DNA of 64,000 bases from a bacterium (GTDB lineage Bacteria > Bacillota_I > Bacilli_A > RFN20 > CAG-826), in contig CAVFKA010000010.1 of NCBI GenBank assembly GCA_963623195.1, positions 398 to 64,397 of the forward strand, read 5' to 3'. A model generated the notes under the pieces. It was not told the DNA's origin. It did no database searches and saw only the letters and a program-made list of their open reading frames with translations. Both the position numbers and the translations under genes were made by a program. This document shows positions 37,803 through 46,517 of this stretch, piece by piece; within the stretch, counting starts at the first letter, position 1, and every line of letters starts with the position of its first letter.

Positions 37803-38849
37803 TTATTTCAGGTAATAGAAGGTTGCTCTGCCACTTCCTTCCTTTTTGATGACGTTTTGCTCACATAGTCTCTTAAGTGATTGCTCGACAGAACCTCTTC
37901 CGATTTCTGGGCATAGCTCCATGATGTCGCTCTTGGTGAATTTTCCAAGTTTTGATTTGACGGCTTTCTCAACCATTTCTAACGCTGACATCTTATGGTC
38001 GACAATATCTATTCTTTCTTCAAAATCTCTATAAGCAGCTAATATTGTGCCTAGTAGATATTTGATGAAAGGAGTGTCATCGTGAGTCGATTCCATCCAG
38101 CCTGCTGAGCTTTGTTGCAACGCATAGTAATAATTGGACTTTGTAATTTGAATCTTCTTCTCAAGCGAAATGTATTTACCAATAAGGTAGTCACTTCTAT
38201 ATAGAAGGAGGGTAGTTAGCAATCTTGATATCCTGCCGTTACCATCATTGAAAGGATGGATGCAAAGGAAGTCATGAATGAAAACGGGGATAGCAATTAG
38301 TGGATCGACGTTATATTTGTTTATCGCCTTGTCATATTCCTCGCAGATTGCTTCGATGGCTCCAGGAGTCTCATACGGTTCTAAAGGTTTGAAGAGAAGG
38401 GCCTTTTTGCCATCTGGGTATATTGTGTCTATTTGATTAGGCGTATTCTTGAAGTTTCCTCCAAATCTCACATCTAGGAATTGGTACATTTCCTTATGTA
38501 ACTGAAGAATGGCGTTTGGCCTAAGAGGAATATATTCGAAGCTCTCATGAACCATATTAAGAGCGTAACGGTATCCCTGAATTTCTTTCTCGTTTCTATT
38601 CCTAGGAGTCGTCTTATTGGCCATCAGTTCCTTAAGCCTTTGGCTGGTCGTGATGATTCCCTCAATCTCGTTTGAAGCCTCTGTGCTTTGGATTTTAGAT
38701 ATCTCAATAAGTCTGTCTAAATCATCTTTCCTTTGTTTTAAGAAAAGGTTTTGTCTTCCTTTAAGCTCATGGATAAGGCCGATGTAATTGATGATTTCCT
38801 TGTCAAATTTCCTTTCGGCAAGCTTTGAGTAGTCGAAAACTTTTTTCAT
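37803..38849 (-). CDS. Fic-family protein (class II: N-terminal inhibitory helix, C-terminal winged helix)
   Basis: Active-site HPFNDGNGRISR. Upstream inhibitory motif SNEIEG ([ST]xxxE[GN]). C-terminal wHTH-like region (..SVEQSLKRLCEQNVIKKEG). Confidence 0.9.
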   Translation of the reverse strand: MKKVFDYSKLAERKFDKEIINYIGLIHELKGRQNLFLKQRKDDLDRLIEISKIQSTEASNEIEGIITTSQRLKELMANKTTPRNRNEKEIQGYRYALNMVHESFEYIPLRPNAILQLHKEMYQFLDVRFGGNFKNTPNQIDTIYPDGKKALLFKPLEPYETPGAIEAICEEYDKAINKYNVDPLIAIPVFIHDFLCIHPFNDGNGRISRLLTTLLLYRSDYLIGKYISLEKKIQITKSNYYYALQQSSAGWMESTHDDTPFIKYLLGTILAAYRDFEERIDIVDHKMSALEMVEKAVKSKLGKFTKSDIMELCPEIGRGSVEQSLKRLCEQNVIKKEGSGRATFYYLK

Positions 38850-39098
38850 AAAATGAACCCTTTTCTTTATTTATCGCCAAAAATATAGCGCATATTTGGG
38901 GATAATTAAAGTGATTTGGTGATAAATAAAAGGTTATATAAGGATGTTTCAAGGGTGAGTTTGTTTCCTCTTTTCAAATTATTTTGTGTTAATTCAAGAG
39001 CACATATACTTGAATTAACCTCATATCACTGACCCATTTTAGGGAATGTTTATTGCGGTTAAATTGAAATTTTAGCTTCTATACATATATAATTAGAT

Positions 39099-41390
39099 AT
39101 GCTTACAAAAGACGAACAAAAACAGGCAAAAGCCTTTGCTAAAGAAGAAAGGAAAATCAAACGGGCCAAAAAGATTGCACACCTTCGTGGGTTAAAGAAT
39201 TTTTGGTGGTGGTTTTTTGGATTTCTTTCTTCTTTTGCAATATGCGGAACCACTGCCGCGATTTGCATTTGCGTTCTTCCTATGAGCACATATGTTGGAA
39301 AAGATGGTGAATACGTTGATGAAGAAACGGCGGACAAGACCCTTTTGCAATTCTTAAGCAATTACAAGGATTATTCGGTTTCTAATTTCCCTGTTTTGAA
39401 GAAAGCCTTGATGAAACTTGTTGAGGTGGCGGGCTTAGATAAATATATTGAAGTTGATTATGATAAGTTAGCTGAAGCATTGACCTTTGATGTTTCTAAC
39501 ATTTCTTTGAATGATCTCTATAAGGAATGCATCGAGGTTATTTGCACGATTGATACTTTAGGACTCTCATCTTTGCTTGGGGATTTCGCCAATCTTTCCA
39601 TCATGAATGAAAATACTTTAGTGACTGAAGAGGTCGATCCAAATGAGGAATCCTTCAATCCATATTTGTATTATTATTTGAATGACAACAACGTTTTGAA
39701 ACGTGCATATGACGATGAAGGAAATCTTCTTTCTGAAGCAGAAGGGAAACAGCTTTATTACCCTGCATTAAGGAAGATTCCTGTGGATGATTTAGTGCAA
39801 GTCTTGCCTAAGCGAATCGGGCAAGAGAAAGTCTTGAATGTTCTAAAATTATTTACAAATGTAGAAGAAGGCTCTATTTTCCAAAAACTCTTTGATGGTT
39901 ATACGATTGAAGGAATCTCCTCATTTGACGTCAATAACATTCTCGTTAGCGATATTCTTTCAGTTACTGACGATAATAGGGAAATGTTTGAAATAATTTG
40001 TTCGGCAATAGTTAGAGAAGAAGGAGAAGATAAACCAACTCCCGAGACATTGAAAATATCTGATTTCTCTAAGGTTGATATCAAACAAGCGTATATTGTT
40101 GATATTCTTAAGCCTTCAGAAAATAACGAAGATTTCTACGCCTTACTTAGAGATGTGACTGGAAAATCCACAAACGAGGAAATAACCGTTGGAGACATCA
40201 TGAACGCAAATGTTGAAGACGTCAAATTCTCTTCTCTCATTTCTTATGAAGGAAACGAACAATTAGCCGATATTCTTGTCTCAATCACTGGCAAGCCATC
40301 TTACAATGACATATATCTTAGTGATTTGAAGAATATCGACACCAATAACATTAAGTTAAGCACGGTCATATCTTCTTTGGATGAAAAACTCAAAAAGATC
40401 CTTTGCCAGGGATGCGGAGTCTCCTCTTTTGATGAATTAAAGATTGGAAACCTTTCTTCTTTTGATATCAATGCGGTTCTTCTTAATGATGTCATGCCAG
40501 ACTTATCAGATAAGCTAAAAGACGTTCTCGTTAATGGAACTGGCGCATCTTCATATGAGTCTTTGACTTTCCTTGATTTGAATAATTTCAATTTGGATAA
40601 TCTCTCTCTTTCCTTGATTATCGAAAATAACGCTGCAAACGCCAAATTAATCTCAATTCTTCTTGAAGCGACTAATAAGTCAAACTACGACGAATTGAAG
40701 GTCTCTGATCTCTCTAATGGCTTTAATATCGATAATGTTCGTTTATATACAATCTTAGGGGAGAATGATACGTTATACGATATTCTTTCTGAGGCAACAG
40801 GAGTTTCAAAAGAGAATCTCAAAATTGGCGATCTTTCCTCTTTCTCGCTTGATAACGTTAAATTATCTACCGTGATTAAGAATGACACTGGTAACGCTGT
40901 TATAGACGCCTTATTGAAAGATGATACGATTACTATCTCAAATCTAGGTGAGAAGATAAACAATATGCCATTGTATGACATATATGGCGAAAATTGTTTC
41001 ACTCAAGATGAAACAAAGGCAGCATTTTCGGATGACCATTACGTTAAGGGAGTTGACGCTAACGGATTAGTGACATTCACTTTAGATACCGATGGAGATT
41101 ATAGCGGGGACTATTACGTTTCAAATGAGATGGGTTTCATAACTTTGCTTTGCTACACCGTTACAGAAACCGATTTAACAAATGGCCGTGCAAACCAATA
41201 CACACAAGCCTCATATAAATATTCGGACATCGAAACAAATCAAAACACGAATGATATCATTGCTAATTCAACCATATATCAACTAATTTCAGCAGGCATG
41301 CTTCAAGATAAGTCTGGCGGAGGATATTCTAACAATCTAAAAAAGATGACCATTCAGCAGTTGCTAAATATGGCCGATTCTCTTCAATAA
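39099..41390 (+). CDS. Membrane-anchored repeat protein (763 aa): basic N-terminus, one TM segment, ~9 tandem ~42-aa repeats
   Basis: N-terminal KEERKIKRAKK followed by FWWWFFGFLSSFAICGTTAAICICVL. The repeat consensus is roughly LKIgDLSsFdidNvkLStVI....n..L.diL...tG.ssYde. Confidence 0.7.
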   Translation: MLTKDEQKQAKAFAKEERKIKRAKKIAHLRGLKNFWWWFFGFLSSFAICGTTAAICICVLPMSTYVGKDGEYVDEETADKTLLQFLSNYKDYSVSNFPVLKKALMKLVEVAGLDKYIEVDYDKLAEALTFDVSNISLNDLYKECIEVICTIDTLGLSSLLGDFANLSIMNENTLVTEEVDPNEESFNPYLYYYLNDNNVLKRAYDDEGNLLSEAEGKQLYYPALRKIPVDDLVQVLPKRIGQEKVLNVLKLFTNVEEGSIFQKLFDGYTIEGISSFDVNNILVSDILSVTDDNREMFEIICSAIVREEGEDKPTPETLKISDFSKVDIKQAYIVDILKPSENNEDFYALLRDVTGKSTNEEITVGDIMNANVEDVKFSSLISYEGNEQLADILVSITGKPSYNDIYLSDLKNIDTNNIKLSTVISSLDEKLKKILCQGCGVSSFDELKIGNLSSFDINAVLLNDVMPDLSDKLKDVLVNGTGASSYESLTFLDLNNFNLDNLSLSLIIENNAANAKLISILLEATNKSNYDELKVSDLSNGFNIDNVRLYTILGENDTLYDILSEATGVSKENLKIGDLSSFSLDNVKLSTVIKNDTGNAVIDALLKDDTITISNLGEKINNMPLYDIYGENCFTQDETKAAFSDDHYVKGVDANGLVTFTLDTDGDYSGDYYVSNEMGFITLLCYTVTETDLTNGRANQYTQASYKYSDIETNQNTNDIIANSTIYQLISAGMLQDKSGGGYSNNLKKMTIQQLLNMADSLQ
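39900..40985 (+). repeat. Protein-level tandem repeat array inside the 763-aa ORF
   Basis: Successive units begin IEGISSFDVNNILVSDIL, LKISDFSKVDIKQAYIVDIL, ITVGDIMNANVEDVKFSSLI, IYLSDLKNIDTNNIKLSTVI, LKIGNLSSFDINAVLLNDVM, LTFLDLNNFNLDNLSLSLII, LKVSDLSNGFNIDNVRLYTIL, LKIGDLSSFSLDNVKLSTVI and ITISNLGEKINNMPLYDIY. Confidence 0.8.
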
Positions 41391-41393
41391 CAT

Positions 41394-41426
41394 AAAAAAA
41401 GAGTTGGGTTTTACCCACTCTTTTTG
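41394..41426. terminator. Bidirectional terminator between convergent genes
   Basis: A7-GAGTTGGG-TTTTA-CCCACTC-TTTTT (one mismatch). Confidence 0.65.
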
Positions 41427-41439
41427 GATATTTTGATTT

Positions 41440-42180
41440 TTATTCAGCTACCTTTGCTAAGGCGTCCTCTGCCATGAAGCCTTTCTTTTGAAGACGAATT
41501 GCTCCAATCATGAACAATGCTTGATAACAAACGTTAACCGATATTGCAATCCAATTGAATTTGAACGAGCCTTTTGTTGAAAGATATCCCATTCCAACCA
41601 TGAAGACGATTGCTAAGCCAAATAAAATGGCTGAGAGAACGTCTTTTCTTTTTATTGAGATGATCATCAACATTACTAAGCTTCCTGCCGCGCCAATTAT
41701 CATGATAATGATGAATGGCATGGTATTGTTAAATTCAGGAAGACCTTCTGTGCTAGCAAGGATTGCCGTTCCAATAAATGGAATTGCACCAAGAACTTGA
41801 ACTTTAGTGTATTTCTTGTTGTATTTTGTGAACATTCCAACAAGAGCGATGAACATAAGGGCAAATCCAACAGATTGAGTTGAGGTGAATTGCTTATCAA
41901 GAATCGTATAAGTGTAACCGCTAAGGCCAATTATGAGCTTATGCATGGCCTTAAGGAAACCTGCGACGAATACCATTATTGATCCGCCTGCAAACAATAC
42001 GTAGTTACCTTTGACCATCTTGTTATAGAGACAACGTTGAAGTACTATCGCCCCAACTAAGAATAAAGCTGTAGGAAGCAAATCATAGAGTGCTTGGAGA
42101 ACGATCGCCCAAGAAGAAGAGGCGTATATTGCGGCATAGGAACTATCATCTGCCACAGTTTCAAGGAAATTAATAAACAT
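41440..42180 (-). CDS. Polytopic membrane protein, unknown function (246 aa)
   Basis: Hydrophobic throughout. It is the last gene of the TetR-headed operon. Confidence 0.6.
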   Translation of the reverse strand: MFINFLETVADDSSYAAIYASSSWAIVLQALYDLLPTALFLVGAIVLQRCLYNKMVKGNYVLFAGGSIMVFVAGFLKAMHKLIIGLSGYTYTILDKQFTSTQSVGFALMFIALVGMFTKYNKKYTKVQVLGAIPFIGTAILASTEGLPEFNNTMPFIIIMIIGAAGSLVMLMIISIKRKDVLSAILFGLAIVFMVGMGYLSTKGSFKFNWIAISVNVCYQALFMIGAIRLQKKGFMAEDALAKVAE

Positions 42181-42181
42181 A

Positions 42182-43033
42182 TTACTTAATCCATTTCCAT
42201 CCTTGCAAAGTCTTCACAGGGATTAAATGCATGAGGATTGGTGTCTTTTTGACGTATGCTTGGTATTCTGGATCTTCGCCATAATTCTTCGTTTGTCTCT
42301 TTTCAAGACGTTTTGCGCCTGAAAGCATGACGTAGATGATCATAATCCAGCCAAAGATGGCAATGAGCCATTCCCACCAAGTCTTCATTGCTGAGCCGCC
42401 AGAGAGAAGAACGCCAGTCCAGAAGAGGATTTCACCAAAGTAGTTTGGGCAACGGACAAAACGATATAAGCCAGTGTCGACAAACCTATTAGGATTGACT
42501 TTCTTTGCTTTGGATTTTTGAAGATCCGCCACAGACTCAATAGTAAGAGCAACAAGCATTATTACCCCGCCAACAATTGGGAAGACTAAGTCTAGAACGC
42601 TATTGGTTGCAACATATGTAACGCCTCTTACTGCTCTATAAGTTATAGGTGCAACTTGGCAAACGTAAAGCACAACGACTGAAATCCAAATCGTGGCTTT
42701 GACAAAGATAGGCATTTTCTTTTCGGTCTTGCCTGCTACATTTCCTAATGTCTTACGATATGAGGCAGATTTGATTTCCCTAAATAGTAAGAAACCAGAT
42801 AAGCGGAAGCCATATAGGATAAGAAGGCCTAAAAGAACATATTCAGCAATGCCTAAAGCTGGAATGAATCCAACTAAGGACATCACGAGTAAGGAGATGG
42901 CAACTCCAGCAATGGCGAAACCATATCCGACGGACATGAAGTAAACGAACTTAGCAAAGCCGATAACGCAACAGATTGCTGCAACTCCAGCTAAAATTCC
43001 GGTTACTATCCAAATTAATGCTACTGGATCCAT
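42182..43033 (-). CDS. DUF1295 / steroid-5-alpha-reductase-like membrane protein
   Basis: C-terminal FVRCPNYFGEILFWTGVLL matches the R-x-PNYFGE motif of DUF1295 and its steroid reductase / ICMT relatives. Multi-TM. Confidence 0.7.
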   Translation of the reverse strand: MDPVALIWIVTGILAGVAAICCVIGFAKFVYFMSVGYGFAIAGVAISLLVMSLVGFIPALGIAEYVLLGLLILYGFRLSGFLLFREIKSASYRKTLGNVAGKTEKKMPIFVKATIWISVVVLYVCQVAPITYRAVRGVTYVATNSVLDLVFPIVGGVIMLVALTIESVADLQKSKAKKVNPNRFVDTGLYRFVRCPNYFGEILFWTGVLLSGGSAMKTWWEWLIAIFGWIMIIYVMLSGAKRLEKRQTKNYGEDPEYQAYVKKTPILMHLIPVKTLQGWKWIK

Positions 43034-43890
43034 TATTTCTCCTCCTTAGGGTAACGTGATTTAATGTATTCTTTGAAGGAGAGCTTTCCGTATTTGTCCT
43101 CACCAACTAAGTCATGGGTGAGAGTCCATTTAGAGAAACGGACGATAGGTCCTTTGCCGTTATTTTCTTTCTCAGCCTTTCTGATGATTAAATCGAAAAG
43201 GAAGACAGGAGCACGTGAGATTTTGACTTTCTTGCCAGCCGCTTCAAAGAACATTTCGGCAATTTCTTTGTATGTGTATGTTTCATTTCCGCCAACGTTA
43301 TACGTTTTATTCGTATCATTCAAATGAAGGAGAATGAATTCGGCTAAATCGGAGGTGTCAATGACGTTGGCCGGATAGTCTTTACGTCCTAATAATGTAA
43401 CCTTGCCTTTTTCAATCATTGGCATGAATACCTTGGCGATATCGTAGAAATAACCCGTTGGGCGATAGATGACATATTCAAGTCCGCTTGCTTTAAGTTT
43501 TTCTTCGAATTGATGCTTGGCCTCAAGCATTGGAACGCTTGGATCGGTATCGCATTTGATGACGGATACATAGCCAAATTTCTTAACGCCGGCTTTTTTG
43601 GCTTCCTCTAGAAGATTGAGATTGCCATTTAAGTCGATGTCGTAGTTGGAGAGGGTCTTTGAGGCGCCAACTAAGCCAACGGTCGTGATTACGGCATCGG
43701 CTCCATCGCATGTGCCCGCTAAAGTCTCAGGTTTGGTGACATCGATTTGATGGAAGACGTATTTTCCTTTGATTTCGGGAATATCTTTTTCTTTCATATC
43801 AAGAGCGACGACTTCATCGCCTCTAGCAATGGCCGCTTTAAGAATATCTGTGCCTAAATTTCCAAAGGCACCTGCAATGACTAATTTCAT
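43033..43890 (-). CDS. NAD(P)-binding atypical SDR (NmrA/epimerase-like)
   Basis: N-terminal Rossmann MKLVIAGAFGNLGTDILK. 285 aa. The start overlaps the upstream stop. Confidence 0.75.
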   Translation of the reverse strand: MKLVIAGAFGNLGTDILKAAIARGDEVVALDMKEKDIPEIKGKYVFHQIDVTKPETLAGTCDGADAVITTVGLVGASKTLSNYDIDLNGNLNLLEEAKKAGVKKFGYVSVIKCDTDPSVPMLEAKHQFEEKLKASGLEYVIYRPTGYFYDIAKVFMPMIEKGKVTLLGRKDYPANVIDTSDLAEFILLHLNDTNKTYNVGGNETYTYKEIAEMFFEAAGKKVKISRAPVFLFDLIIRKAEKENNGKGPIVRFSKWTLTHDLVGEDKYGKLSFKEYIKSRYPKEEK

Positions 43891-44822
43891 TATTTGTCTT
43901 TTCCTTTCTCTTTAGCGCGTTTGTCGTTGATGATTTCCATCTCTTTTGCGGTGATTAGCTTAACGTTATGCTCCTCAGCCCATTTGACACAACCTTTCAA
44001 GGCTGTTGGAAGGAAGATTCTTGGGACTTTAACTAATTTTTCCAAGGCATCATCGGTGAATTTGACATCCGTTTGAAGTCTATCGGCAGCATATCTAACG
44101 CTTGAGACGGAAGCTTGTCTCATTGGTAGGAGTTCTGGGTATGGTTTCTTGAATCTCGAGCACCAGAAATATTTGGAATCGCGGTAGCCAAAATCGGTTG
44201 GAACTTTAGGGAATCCCTTAGCCGTTACCCCATTGACGATCGTGTTGTAATATTTCTCTTTCATCAAGATACGGTCGATTCTGAGGATGAAATGAGCGCC
44301 AAATTTAGAAGTAATGCCATTGAAATTGTGATATGGCTCAGGATATCCGTTCATTTCGCCTGGCTTATCGTCTTGGGCATTATCAAGTTCCTTCATCCAT
44401 GTGCATTCGATGACTTGGAAGGCTTGCTTAACGACTTTAGGGAACTTCTCATTTGGATTGGCTTTGGCCATTTCTCCATCTTCAAGTTCAAAGATGCAGT
44501 TTTTCATCTTTTCTTCTGTCGTATCTCCTGGCCAGCCCATTCTTACTGCTTCCTTAAACAATTTCTTGTCATCAGGGATGAAGTTGAGAGTACATTTGCC
44601 AGTACGAAGGATATTTTGAGCGGTGTTAGATGAATTGCGGCATTCAAGCAACATTGCGTAATATTCCTTTCCGGCAATGTAATATGGGGCCAATAATGAA
44701 TATGGTCCAAGGTTTGTCTCACCGTTTTCTGCCAAGGTGCCGATCATTGCGACAGGCATTGGGAAGAAAAGGGAGGTTTGGTAGAAGTTGTCCTTTGCTT
44801 CTAATATTTTAAAATCGCTCAT
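43890..44822 (-). CDS. Flavin-reductase-like (FMN-binding split barrel) domain protein with ~150-aa C-terminal extension
   Basis: The N-terminal FFPMPVAMIGTLAENGETNLGPYS......NSSNTAQNILRTGKCTLNF resembles the flavin reductase domain. The C-terminal half is unrecognised. Confidence 0.5.
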   Translation of the reverse strand: MSDFKILEAKDNFYQTSLFFPMPVAMIGTLAENGETNLGPYSLLAPYYIAGKEYYAMLLECRNSSNTAQNILRTGKCTLNFIPDDKKLFKEAVRMGWPGDTTEEKMKNCIFELEDGEMAKANPNEKFPKVVKQAFQVIECTWMKELDNAQDDKPGEMNGYPEPYHNFNGITSKFGAHFILRIDRILMKEKYYNTIVNGVTAKGFPKVPTDFGYRDSKYFWCSRFKKPYPELLPMRQASVSSVRYAADRLQTDVKFTDDALEKLVKVPRIFLPTALKGCVKWAEEHNVKLITAKEMEIINDKRAKEKGKDK

Positions 44823-45364
44823 TTTTGATTACCTCCTATAAGCAATTTGTTTAACGATTCATAAATGTCATCAAAGGGAAGCTCGTAAGTGGCGGATGCT
44901 TGAATTAGAATCAGGCAAGCGACATATCGATCTTTTTCATTTGAGAGATAAGAGAATTTCTCTTGAGCCTTTATGACATATTTTTCAACGTTACGAATAA
45001 ATGCGTCATGGCCAAAATGTAATTTTGAACGGAAGTCTTCTGGAATTTGGATGGAGAAGAATAACTGTTTGTGAGATAGATAGAAAGAAGATATCTCAGA
45101 ATAGATAGTGCTTAAGGAATCTTTCCAAGTTTCTGATTTCGAGATTTTCTCACTCAACTCAGTTTCCTTAACTGACCATTCTTCAAGAAGAATAGCGGCT
45201 AGGATGGTTAACTTATTTGGAAAATAGTTATAAATCGTTCCCACGCCGTATCCCGTTCTTTTTGCAACATCTCTAATCGTGAGGGAATTAAAATCTTTTT
45301 CGGCGATGATATCTTTTGCAGTCCTTAAGATATTTTCCCTTACGTTTTTGATGATTTTCGGCAT
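44819..45364 (-). CDS. TetR/AcrR-family transcriptional regulator
   Basis: HTH LTIRDVAKRTGYGVGTIYNYFPNK. 181 aa. It is the first gene of the operon (ATGA overlap with the next gene). Confidence 0.9.
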   Translation of the reverse strand: MPKIIKNVRENILRTAKDIIAEKDFNSLTIRDVAKRTGYGVGTIYNYFPNKLTILAAILLEEWSVKETELSEKISKSETWKDSLSTIYSEISSFYLSHKQLFFSIQIPEDFRSKLHFGHDAFIRNVEKYVIKAQEKFSYLSNEKDRYVACLILIQASATYELPFDDIYESLNKLLIGGNQK

Positions 45365-45378
45365 ATTATTCCTTTCTT

Positions 45379-45425
45379 TATGAACACGTTCATATAAATT
45401 ATATTAAGTTTAGGGGGATATGCAA
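45379..45425 (-). promoter_or_regulatory. tetR-operon promoter (TTGCAT-16-TATAAT on the minus strand) with a 16-bp palindromic operator candidate
   Basis: Perfect palindrome TATGAAC-AC-GTTCATA at 45379-45394, between the -10 (45398-45403) and the RBS. The -35 lies at 45420-45425. Confidence 0.6.
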
Positions 45426-45427
45426 TA

Positions 45428-45483
45428 TTCCGGTGTATTTTTACCGGCTTATTGATACCGGTTAAATCTTACCGTTATGAATA
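45428..45483. repeat. Four phased 14-bp direct repeats (T[TA]CCG[GT]...)
   Basis: TTCCGGTGTATTTT / TACCGGCTTATTGA / TACCGGTTAAATCT / TACCGTTATGAATA, starting at 45428, 45442, 45456 and 45470. Confidence 0.7.
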
Positions 45484-45733
45484 ATTGCAGTTTTTAGTGC
45501 TAAAAACAAAGAAGAAGACGTTAAATGTAAAGACTTGAAAATAAGGTCTAAAATATTAAAAAACTAACTTCAATTATTTTTTTTGTTGAAATTAAAAAAT
45601 CAGTTTTTATCACTATTTTTCAGTTAATATTTTTATGAAAGCCTTTTCAGTAACCGTTTACATTTAAAATGTGATTGAAAACATTACTGTAATGCATAAA
45701 ATACCGGTGTTGATACAGAAGGAGGCAAATTCT

Positions 45734-45874
45734 ATGTCAAATAAAAAGTATACTCAACTTCTTGAAGAACTCGCCAAAAAAAGCTCTGTTAAAGATGAAT
45801 CTGAAGCTCCATTAAGCGAGATCGAAGACTTCAATCGCCAACAAGAGTTGGAAATGATGTATAACCGTTTCTAA
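45734..45874 (+). CDS. Orphan small acidic peptide (46 aa)
   Basis: GAAGGAGG lies 7 nt upstream of the ATG at 45734 and a terminator follows. Translation: MSNKKYTQLLEELAKKSSVKDESEAPLSEIEDFNRQQELEMMYNRF. The upstream part of ORF 45671-45874 has no RBS. Confidence 0.45.
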   Translation: MSNKKYTQLLEELAKKSSVKDESEAPLSEIEDFNRQQELEMMYNRF

Positions 45875-45947
45875 TTTATCTTGTTACCTTGGGTATGATG
45901 AGACCATCTAACGCTAAGTTAGCTCTGGACGCAATCATTAATTGATG

Positions 45948-45971
45948 TGGATGATTATCATCCATTTTTTT
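45948..45971 (+). terminator. Terminator after the small ORF
   Basis: TGGATGA-TTA-TCATCCA followed by T7. Confidence 0.7.
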
Positions 45972-45974
45972 ATT

Positions 45975-46000
45975 AAAAAATCCTGGATTTGACCAGGATT
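45975..46000 (-). terminator. Terminator of thyA-folA
   Basis: Minus strand: AATCCTGG-TCAAAT-CCAGGATT followed by T6. Confidence 0.8.
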
Positions 46001-46516
46001 CTATAAAGGTTTCTTATTATTGTTTTGATAAATGCAGAAGGATATCTCATGTCCATTATCAATAAGGGGTTCGCCTGTTTTTATCAATTCAAATGATGGA
46101 TCTTCGTCAATATTCGCAAAGAATACCTCCGCCCCACCATCTTCGTTAACTTTCGTTAGATAGATTTCATCATAGTATGGCAACATCTGGTTATATATTG
46201 AGGCCCCGCCAATGATATACACATCGCCATTTTGAAGATGCTCTTTAATTGTTTTTTTGAAATCGTCCATCGAATGAACGTTAATGACTCCATCATAACT
46301 ATGAGTTACGTCACCTGAAAGAACTATGTTTGTTCTATTTTTTAATGGTTTGGAGTTCGGAAATGATAATAAGGTGTTTTCGCCCATTGCCACTGTATGC
46401 CCTGAAGTGGTTTCCCTAAAGAATTTCATATCTAGTGGCAAATGGAAAAGAAGATCGTTTTTCTTTCCGATTCCAAATTTGTTATCACAGCAAAGGATTG
46501 CTCTTAGTTTATACAT
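46001..46516 (-). CDS. folA: Dihydrofolate reductase
   Basis: ..GIGKKNDLLFHLPLDMKFFRETT.GHTVAMGENT..S....PLKNRTNIVLS.., IIGGASIY. Confidence 0.9.
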   Translation of the reverse strand: MYKLRAILCCDNKFGIGKKNDLLFHLPLDMKFFRETTSGHTVAMGENTLLSFPNSKPLKNRTNIVLSGDVTHSYDGVINVHSMDDFKKTIKEHLQNGDVYIIGGASIYNQMLPYYDEIYLTKVNEDGGAEVFFANIDEDPSFELIKTGEPLIDNGHEISFCIYQNNNKKPL

Positions 46517-46517
46517 A

